Shown here: positions 55,245 through 64,000 of the stretch, piece by piece
How positions within the stretch are numbered: the stretch's first letter is position 1
Layout: each line of letters starts with the position of its first letter
Virus record (IMG/VR): IMGVR_UViG_3300015264_000002
Span: 1,210-65,209 of that record
Reading direction: 5' to 3' (one strand)
Source: a virus
DNA: 64,000 nucleotides
Notes under the pieces: generated by a model
Databases searched by the model: none
What the model saw: the letters and a program-made list of their open reading frames with translations, nothing else
What the model was told of the DNA's origin: nothing
Translations under genes and position numbers: made by a program

Positions 55245-57902
55245 TCGTCAGCCCCGTGCTCGCCGCCGCGCTCGCCGCGCTGGTGCTCGCCGTGGCCGCC
55301 GCCGGGCTGCTGCGCCGCATGCTCATACAAGAACAGCGGATCGGCCGCCTACTCGGCATGCTCAAGACGGCCACCCAGGCACTGCATGCCCTCGGCTACC
55401 ACGCGGACCCGTTCCCCACCTGCACCGTCGGCCTGTGCACGGCGACGCGCGAGGAGCTGATACGGCCGTCGTGACGTCGCTGGCCGCCGTGCGCACCGAG
55501 CTGGCGCACTTCCTCGCCGCCGACGGGACGACCGACGCGCTGCTGCAGCAGGTCGCCGCCGGGGCGGTAGCCGATCGCGGGGCAGCGGCCGTGCACCTGA
55601 CCGAGCGGGCCAAGGCGGCCGACGCGATCGCGGACGGCCTGCACGCCCAGGCTCCTGACGACACGACCGCGGCGGCCATGGGGCTGCTGGCGTCCGCGCT
55701 GGCGCTGGCCTACGGGACGCTGGCCGTGCTGCTGGTGGAGCGGGGGGCTGGGACATGAGCCGCGAGGCGCCAATGCCGACGTGGAACCAGACCCCGGGAG
55801 AGGCACCCGAGCAGCGGGCCAAGCGCCTGCTGTACGCGCGCGTCGATCCCGTGCACGCGCCGTGCGCGCAGCTGCTGGGCGAAACCCTGGCGACGCTCGA
55901 CGGGGTGCAGGGTGAGCTGGCCGATCACCAGCGCGCCTGGAGCGAGAGCGCGGCCCGCTTGCAGACCGCGCTGGCCGTCGCCGGCGCGCCGGCGACCAAG
56001 GTGGTGCGCGACAGCTACGGCAGCCGTGACACCGTGCCGTGCAGCGATGCCGAGCGCGTCGCAGCCCTCGCAGCTGAGCGCGACGCCGCACGTCAGGCCG
56101 CGCTCGCCGCTACGGCCGACGCGGACGGGGTGCGCAAGGAGCTCGAGCAGGAACGCGCGCGGTCGTGGGAGGGCTGGGAGCACCACTTCTATGACGAGGA
56201 AGCGGCAGCGCGGAGTCTACTGCCGCGCCCGCCCCACCGGCGGCGCTGATGGCCTCGCGCCCTGCCTTCTGGTTCGCTGCGTGGGTCGCCGTCGGCCTGG
56301 CGGTCAACGCGATCTGCTACGCGGGCGCGCGCCGCTTCCGGGCCGAGCGGTGGGAGGCCCTGGTGGGCAGGCTGGCCGACATACCCCCGCCCGTCGCGGC
56401 GATCGCCTTGGCGGTGATCGTGCCCGCCATGGTGCTCAGCTGGCCGCTGTATCTGAGCGCGGCCCTGCACGCTGGTCTCGCCTTCCTGCGCCGGCGACGC
56501 TGATGCAGCGCGACCAACTGCACGGCCAGGCGCCCCCGCCCGTCCCCGGCGATCCGCCGCCGATCGCGGGCCGCGCCCGCGCGATCACCGCCGCGGCCGC
56601 ACAGGGCCACGACATGGCGACCGCCTTTGGCGCCGACGGCTTGGCCGCCTGCGCGCAGTGTCGCCGCACCGTCGGCCTGGACGACGTCGAGCAGCCGGTG
56701 GGGCCGGCGCTGACGGGCCGCTGCCCGGGCCGCAACCACCCGCACCGTCTGCAGCGGCGCCGCGCACGGACAGGGGAGTACGGGCAGCCGCTGACGTGCG
56801 TCGAGCCCGGGTGCGGGTTCACGATCAGCAACGCGCAGGCGGCGCAGAACCTGGGGCTCGAGATCCTGCCGGAGCCCGATGCCTGACGAGCAGCCGCCCG
56901 ACACCGACGTCGTCGGCGCCGCGATCGCCGTCGTGCTGTCCGCGCGCATGTCCTTCCCGGGCATCGACGGCGTCATGGTCAACCTGACCGCCTGGCAGCG
57001 GCTCGTGGGGACGCTGGTCGCCTGCGGATACATCCTGGCGCCCGCACCGCCGGTCGAGCAGCCGCCGTCCGTCCCGTTCCCCCACCTGTCCACGTGCCCC
57101 GCCTGCCGGCACGAGCGCCACCGCACCGCCTGCCCGGTGCCAACCTCGCGCTGGCGTCGGTGGCTGAGCGGGCTGCCGACGTGCTCATGCACGTATTGGG
57201 ATGCGCGCTGGTCGATCGGGCCCGCTTGACGTGCCACCCCTGCGGGAGGAGAGAGGGGGCTAGGCGCGCGCAACGCGGAGGGTGTGGGGGACGTGGGGGC
57301 GGACGGCGGACGTGAGGCGACGACGTTGGCGGACACGCTGCCAGCTGACGGTCAGATCGTCCCCGTGCGGACACGTACCGGTGATGTGCGGCTGTACCAG
57401 GTGCTCAAGGGCAACCGCTTCCGGCTGACGCTCGTGCCGCTGACGGAGCGACAGGAGCTCGAGGCGCGGGCGGAGCAGGACCGGCGCCACGCGTACGCCA
57501 GGTTCCTCCTGGCGATCAGCGTCGCCGGCGCGTACGGCGTGGCCCGCGATCGCGAGGAATACCCCGACCTGGTCGCGTACGCCGACGCGACGGTGGAGGC
57601 CAACCCGGTGACGCTGCGGTTGGACGAGGCCATGCAGCACCTGCGGCCGCGGATCGCCCCGCCCGACGTTACAGCGGTCAGCGGGCCCGTGGCGCGTGCG
57701 GTCGGCTGGCTGCTGGGAGAGCGGCGTGCCTGAGCCCGACGGCGATCGCGCGGCGGCCGACGACTACGGGCCGAGCCCCGTGGCCGCCGCGCTGGTGCTG
57801 CTGCGCGAGCACGACGCGCTCGATACCTGGGTCGATCAGTGGCGCGAGGCGCACCGGATTGGCTGGGCGCTCGGCCGCCGGCTAGGGCAAGGCCATGAGT
57901 AG
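55241..57902 (+). CDS. Run of about 8 coupled small hypothetical ORFs (55241-55474, 55471-55758, 55755-56249, 56249-56503, 56503-56886, 56879-57229, 57284-57733, 57726-57902)
   Basis: Chained ATGA/GTGA/TGATG overlaps; several TM helices or Cys motifs. Confidence 0.55.
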
Positions 57903-59236
57903 GGCGGAGATCAAGCTGGGCGGGCGGCCGGCTGCTGATCGACGGCGCCGAGGTCGGCCGCGTGCTCAGCGTCACCCTCGGGCACGACATGGCCGACGCC
58001 GTTGTCAAGTACAAGGCCCCCAGCGGTGCGGTGCACATCACCAGGTGCGCGGGGTTGCGGCCCCTCGACCTGGAAGCGGCGCAGTCGGACGGTATCCTGC
58101 CCCCGTGTGACCAGCCCGCGTGCAAGGGGCACGTGCGACATAGCGACGGCACGGTCAATCCGCTGTGCATCCACGATCCCGCGCGGCGGCGGTTCGACCC
58201 CGCGGAGCTCGCCGCTGACGTCGGCCGCGTGCTCTCCCAGGTCGTACCCCGTCCGTTCCTGGTGCCCACGCGTCGTGACCCCGTTGCGCGCGCCGCAGTC
58301 GACGGCATGCTCGGCGCCGGCGTAGCTCAGGCGGTAGAGCGCGTCACTCGTAATGACGAGGCCGCCGGTTCGAGTCCGGCCGCCGGCTCGCCGGTCGGGG
58401 AGGCGCTGCAGCTGCCGCGGCCGTTCCTGCCCAAGCTGCGACCCTGGGGCGGCCCGCGTCCTATTGGCCTCGACCCATGGCGAGCGGCCTCGTCCACCCC
58501 CTGGTACGTCATGGGCACCGGAGCGACGACGCACGCGGCGTGGGAGGACTCGTGGGAGGACTACTGCCGCAGGGCCCGCGGCTTCGTGCTCGAGCAGCTG
58601 GTCCAGTTCGTCAGCTGGGCGGGCCTGCCGGAGGTGTCCCCCCACACGCACCTCGTAATCACCCTGCGTCGTGGCGAGTGGACCCACGGGGTACAGCCGC
58701 ACAGCTACCTCGCGCAGTACGACGTCGACGTGTGCACCGGATCGCGGCCCGACGGCCCCGACCGCGAGGTCTACAGCTACGGCGAAGCGGTCACCGCGTT
58801 GCACGGGGCGGCCTGGCAGGCCGTCGCCGCGGCAATCGACCGCGCGGGCCGGTCCATTGGGCCGGCCGTCGCCGTATGGTCCGAGCACCCCATCGCGTTT
58901 GCTGACGAGGTGTGCAGCGAGCAGGGAATCACCTGGTCGCCTCCGTACGGTCGCTTCCGCTGCGTCACGTGCGACCACCTGCTGGACGAGCTCGAGCTGG
59001 CGTGCCACCCGCAGGGTAAGCCGCCGGCGCTGGACGGGACGCCGGCAGCGGCGGTCTCTGCGGCGGTCGACGTCAAGCTGACGATGGAGCAGCGGACGCG
59101 CGCCGAGGACGACGTCGCCACCGTGCTGCGCTGGCGCGACGAGCACCTGGCGCTGCTGTACCAGGCCCTGCGTCGGGGCAGCTGGACGGACGACCACGCG
59201 CGCCTGGTGCTCAAAAAGGTGGGCTGGTTGCTGTGA
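57895..59236 (+). CDS. Hypothetical ORF (apparent frameshift near 57917) whose frame stays open across the tRNA
   Basis: ATG 57895 frame joins 57962 frame by removing one G; open to 59236; may in reality be two genes. Confidence 0.45.
58316..58388 (+). tRNA. trnT: tRNA-Thr(CGT), no encoded CCA
   Basis: GCCGGCG acceptor / GCTC-GAGC D arm / CGTCA-CTCGTAA-TGACG anticodon arm / GCCGG-TTCGAGT-CCGGC T arm / CGCCGGC-T. Confidence 0.95.
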
Positions 59237-62200
59237 GCATGACCGCCGCCGAGCGCACCGCGGCCAAGGCGACGATGCGTACGCACGGCATCGTCAAGAT
59301 GGTGACCCACGACCAGGCCTGCGCCATCGTGGCGCGGGCCTGCACCTGTGCTCGACCACCCATAGAGATCGGCGGCGTCAGCTTCGGCAGTCACGCGCCC
59401 ACGTGCGCCAAGCTGGCGTCAGCCGAGTGCACTTGCACGCCCGACGTGATCGTGGCCGACGACGCATGATCGCTGTGGGCGACACCGTCTCCGTCCTGGT
59501 CCGCCGGCGCTTCGCGCCGGGGCTCGAGCTGATCGTGTGCATGATCGCGGACGACGTGCGGCCCGGCTACTACGCCGTGGCGCACGCCGAGCCCGTCGAC
59601 CTGCGGCAGTGGGTCGAGGACGGGCCGCACGCACACGTCGCGGACGCCGTGGCGGCGCTCGACCGCTTCACCGCCTGGCTGTACACGGGCATCGGCGCCC
59701 CGGGGGGCACGTGGCAGTCGCCGCACGTGTGACCGCCAAGGCCGTCGCCGGTGCGACGCCGCGCCGCACGCGGACGGGCAAAGCGCGCGACGTCGTGCAG
59801 TGCAACGTGCAGCTGCCGGTCGGCGTCGACCGCGCGCTCCGCTGCTACCTGGAGCGCACGGGCGCGGCGCCGTCCGCGTGGGTCGCCAACTTGATCCGGC
59901 AGGCGCTGTGGTCGACGGGGGAGCCCGCGGTGCGCCAGCTGCTCGCGGGGCACGCCTAGCCGTGGCCGACCAGCCCACCACCCCGCCGCCGGCGGCGCTG
60001 CCGCGCATCCGTCAGGGCCAGCCGTGGCTGCTTGCCTGGTTCGCACACGCGACGTCGGCGCGTCTCGCGGGCGTGATCGCCGAGGGGACGGTGCTCTCGG
60101 GCCAGAAGCTGGTCGCCAGCATGTACGTGCGGGCCGCTGCCAACGGCCAGCGGCCGCTCGAACGCGAGGCCCCGCTGTGGGCACAGCTGGTGGGCGAGGT
60201 TGGCCCGTGGGAGACGGATCTGCCGACCGTCTACGTGACGCAACCGTGGGTGTTCGTCGTCTTCGCCCAGGTCCACAACATCATCGCTGCCCTCGCCTAC
60301 CCGTCTGACATGCTGGCGCCGCAGCTGGCGCTGGTGGCGGAGATCTTCGCGCTGCGCGGCAAGCACGAGATGGAAGCGGAGTTCGCAAAGCCGGGCGACC
60401 GCGGCGCGGGCCTGTGGGTGCCGGGCGCCGTCACGGGACACTAAAGGGGGCACGCGGATGCGCGTCTACGTGGGCGGCTTTACGGGCGACGGCCTCGGCG
60501 GCGTGAAGGAATGGGAGACGTTCCTGGCCGAGCACCGGCGCGCGCCTGAGCCGCCGGGCGCCGTGGTGCAGATCGTCGTGCACCCCGACGACATGCCGGC
60601 GCTGCTGCGCGCGGTCGTCGGGTCCCGCAATGCGATCACTGGAGAGCGGTTTGAGGTGTCCCCGCCGGCCAGTGTACCCAGCGACGTGGGCCACTACATC
60701 GACCGGGTCAGCGGCCGGCTCATCCCGGTGGTCAAGTCCGCCACGGTGCCGCGGACGCACGCACCCGCGGCCTGGTTTGATCTCGGCACGGGCCACAGTC
60801 ATGCAGGCCAGCAGGGAGGTGGTGCGCAGGCAGGTAGCTAGTCGGGACGGGGCGCTGCCCGGTCGGAGGACACACCGGGCGGCGCACCCGCAAGGGGGCT
60901 GCTACTACTAAAAGCAGCCGACGCTAGTAGCAGGTTGGGAGTTGGGTGGCGGAGGACGGGGCGGCGGTGGCGACAATCCTGCAAGAGGTCCGGTGCACAC
61001 GCTGTGGTCAGGTCCGCGCGCGCACCGAGCGGTACGCGCAGCGGATCGACGCCGACGGCGGCGCGTGGCGTGCCCTCACGCGGTGCGTCGCCCTGTTCTG
61101 CACCGTCTGGTCGCGCGCCCTGGCGTGGGGCACCTGATCCCGTGCCCTGGCGCCCCACCCACGACCGGCCGTGCGCGACCTGCGGCGCGCTGTTCACACC
61201 GACCGGCCCGCGCAGCACCCGCTGCCCGACGCACGCGCCACGTGCTGTGCGCGCGGACGTGGTGGCGGCCGAGCACGCGGACACGTGGGGGCGCGCCTGG
61301 GCCGGCGTGGCGGCCGGGATCCGACTCGCCCGTCAGCTGGCGCGCCCCGAGGAGTCGGCCATGATCGCGTACGCCGACGAGCTCTACGCCGCCCCGTGGC
61401 TGGCCGTGGCCATGCAGGCGTGGCCGGTCGACCGCCTGGTGGCGCGGCTCGAGAATCCCGCGCTGCCGTACACCGCCGTGGCGGCCTGCGCCGAGCTCGA
61501 GCGCCGCGGGCTGGGCACCTGCGGCGGCCACCGCTTCACCTTCCACGCCCGAGAGGAGACCGCCGCATGACGACGGCACGACGGACCCCACCGACAGCAC
61601 GCACGCGCGTCGGCGTCGCCTTGCCCGACGGCGCGACCGTCGAGGCGATCGGCAAGCTGCCGCCCGGCCCACTGCTGGTGCGCGTCCCCACGTCCTGGCG
61701 CCCCGACCATATTGAGCAGCTGCTGGCCCACCTGGGCGCCCGCCTCGACCGCCAGCTGATCGCCATCCCCGCCGAGTTCGGGATCGTCGAGCGCAGCGCC
61801 GTCGCGCCGGGCGGCGGCCCCGAGAGCGCCGAGGTACCCACAGGCCCGCGCTGCACGCAGGGCGATACGACGGCCGACGCGCAGCACCGCTGGCAGGTCG
61901 ACGCGGCCGCCGGCGGCTTCACGTGCCGCGGCTGCGGCTGGACGCTGACCGGCCCCGGGGCACCCGGGTTGCTCAACGATCGCGGCTGGACGGTCGAGCC
62001 GGGTGCGGCGCTGTCGCCGGCCATGGAGGTGTGGAACGCGCTCGAATGGCTGGCCGAGCACGAAGGTGCGCTCAGCTACCGCGCCGGCCATGGGTGGACG
62101 GCGCGCGTGGGGCGCAAGGACGCGACGGCCGGCGGCCTGGTCAAGGCGGTCGCCCTGTGCGGGCAGCTGATCGCGGGGGCGCCCAATGGGTGAGCACCGG

Positions 62201-62792
62201 CACGCGCTGCCCTACAAGGTGCGCCCGGGGCCGACGGCCCCACCGCACGGACGCGTGCAACCGGCCCGTGGCGCCGCGCGGGCGGCGCAGCGACGCGCGC
62301 AGTGGCCCGCACGTCGACGCCGCCGGCGGGACAATCGTCGCATGCTCCGCCAGCGGCGGGTGTCGGCCCTCTGACATGCGCTACCAGCTGGCCCGCGTCG
62401 CCCGCCGCTGCGCCTGGGCCGAGGTGGGCGCGGAGCTGTGGGTGCGCGACCTAACGGCCAACCGCCCCGTGTTGCGGTCGTGGCGGGCGGACGGACTGCC
62501 GACCGGGCGCACCGCGATCGGCGTGTGCAGGAATACGACGGGGACCGAAGCGCACACCGTGGCCGTGCCGGCCTTCGGGTGGGACGGATACCCGCTGTGG
62601 GTCACGCGCGGCGACGAGCTCGGCCTGGTCAGCCACCTGCTGGGCGAGGACGGCAAGCCGCTAATCTTCGACAGCCGGAACTTCGAGCTGCTGCCCGAGT
62701 GGGCCGACGCCGTGCCGCTGTCGGTGCTCGTGCCCCCGCTCCGTCGGCCGGCCGTCCCGTGGCCGCACTGGCGTGCCGGGGTCGCCGCCTGA
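59233..62792 (+). CDS. Run of coupled small hypothetical ORFs (59233-59469, 59466-59732, 59729-59959 RHH-like, 59962-60444, 60458-60841, 60946-61137, 61134-61570, 61567-62193, 62376-62792)
   Basis: Coupled overlaps; typical codon use; several CxxC motifs. Confidence 0.55.
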
Positions 62793-63190
62793 CGCGGCCC
62801 TGCAGCAACCCGCGCTGCCGCCGGGTGATCCGGCGCCGCCCGAGCCAGCTGCGGCGCGCGCGCAATCCGACCTGCGGCGCCCCCTGCCGCGACCTCGTCC
62901 GCGGGCTGGTCACCACCACGCCGCGGCGCGCCGGCGGCCGCACGCTGCGGGACGGCTACGCCTACGTGAAGGTGCCCCCGGGCGACCCGCTGGCGAACAG
63001 CGCGGGGTACGCGCCCGAGCACAAGGTGGTGGCCCGCAGCGTGCTCGGCCGGGCGCTGGCAGCCGACGAGCGGGTGGTGCGGACGGCCTACCGGCGGGAC
63101 GACAACGCGCCCGAGACGCTGGTGGTGACGTCGCCGCGGGGCAGCTGCCCGCTGCTCGAGCTGGCCCGGCGCGAGCGCGCGGCCAGCTAG
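62789..63190 (+). CDS. Degenerate HNH-like protein (CTG start)
   Basis: C..P.C...TC...C; GY.YVK.P.G.P.AN..GY.PEHK+V....LGR.L...E; HH motif lost; CTGA overlap. Confidence 0.6.
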   Translation: MTRPCSNPRCRRVIRRRPSQLRRARNPTCGAPCRDLVRGLVTTTPRRAGGRTLRDGYAYVKVPPGDPLANSAGYAPEHKVVARSVLGRALAADERVVRTAYRRDDNAPETLVVTSPRGSCPLLELARRERAAS

Positions 63191-63595
63191 GGGCGGGGGC
63201 CGGTTCCGGTCGGCCCCCGCCGTCGCTGATCGTCGCCCCCGGAGCCGCGCACCGTCCACGCACAACCCCCACCAGGGAAGTTGGTCGGGCACGCGGTGCT
63301 TGCACAGTGGGCCACCCTGACGGGACCACCCCGCCAGATGCTGCCCGCCCGGGGACGGCTACAGGTAAAGTCGGTCGGCCCTGTCCGTGTCAAGACGGGG
63401 GGTTGGGGCCGCGTACAGGGATAAGTGGAGCAGCCGGCGTGGCGGGCCGCCCTTGTCAAGGGTGGCGGACAGAACTACAGGGAAATCGTGCCGGCGCGGC
63501 GGGCTGCGGCCTTGCAGCACCCGCACGCATCGCGGCACTAGACCGCCCGTGGTGGGGTGGTGTGGGGTGGTGGCGGTGGGGCGGGGCGGCCTGGC

Positions 63596-64000
63596 GTGAA
63601 CGTCAACCTGCCGGCCGTCACCCACCAGCCTGCGGTCGACGTGCTGCTGCGGTCTATGGCGGCGGTGCAGGCGTGGGATCGCGCGCACCCGCCGACGGCC
63701 GCGCCGCCGTCCCTGGTCAAACGCGCGGCCCGCCGGCTGCTCGGCGTGCGGCCGCTGGATGAGTGGTACGGCCCGTCGGTCCCGATCGACGTCGTGGCGC
63801 CGCAGCCGCAGCCGGTGCGGCAGTGGGATTACCCGGTCGCGGTCAACCGGAACTGGACACCGCGGGTCGAGGCGCCGATCGACTTCTGGACGCTGCGCCA
63901 CATTGCCGACGCCTGCACGATCGCGCGCGGCGCGATCGAGACGCGCAAATCGCAGCTGGACCGCTTCACCTGGACCGTGCAGCCGCGCGACCAGGACGTC
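63596..64000 (+). CDS. Portal protein, 3'-truncated
   Basis: W.GP..PI...AP....RQWDYPV..N....PR.E..I.F.TLR.IAD....AR.AIETRK.QL.RF.W.VQPR; not in ORF track because it has no stop in the window. Confidence 0.8.
   Translation, partial: MNVNLPAVTHQPAVDVLLRSMAAVQAWDRAHPPTAAPPSLVKRAARRLLGVRPLDEWYGPSVPIDVVAPQPQPVRQWDYPVAVNRNWTPRVEAPIDFWTLRHIADACTIARGAIETRKSQLDRFTWTVQPRDQDV

Noticed and set aside
58316-58388. tRNA as an attP/attB integration site
   Set aside because: No duplicated tRNA 3' end and no integrase in the window
1-64000. CRISPR array, diversity-generating retroelement, integrase/transposase, rRNA
   Set aside because: No regularly spaced repeat-spacer units, no reverse transcriptase or TR/VR pair, and no Tyr/Ser recombinase or DDE motifs seen

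Overview
The window is entirely phage DNA with very high GC (about 70% by eye). It contains no host housekeeping genes, integrase, CRISPR array or reverse transcriptase. It reads as a nearly complete, circularly permuted long-tailed (siphovirus-like) phage genome: it opens in the 3' end of a head-morphogenesis gene and ends in the 5' end of the portal gene. Layout: (+) head genes, with an inserted cassette of secreted Cys-rich and collagen-NHL proteins; neck and tail genes, including tail tube, frameshifted chaperones, a 2284-aa tape measure protein and a GTA-like DUF2460/DUF2163/NlpC-P60/hub tip module; and an SLT-endolysin lysis cassette (1-29.3 kb). (-) early/recombination arm with ParB, J-domain protein, SbcC, HNH, SbcD, sigma-r4 and HTH proteins (29.4-42.9 kb). 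(+) Cro-like gene, initiator with internal DnaA box and iterons, VRR-NUC, split ParB/methyltransferase, FnIII-propeller moron, glycosyltransferase, TerS and TerL. These are followed by about 10 kb of small ORFs with a tRNA-Thr(CGT), and then the portal. Family names come from motif recognition from memory; no database search was run. Most long antisense ORFs in the track are GC-shadow artefacts.
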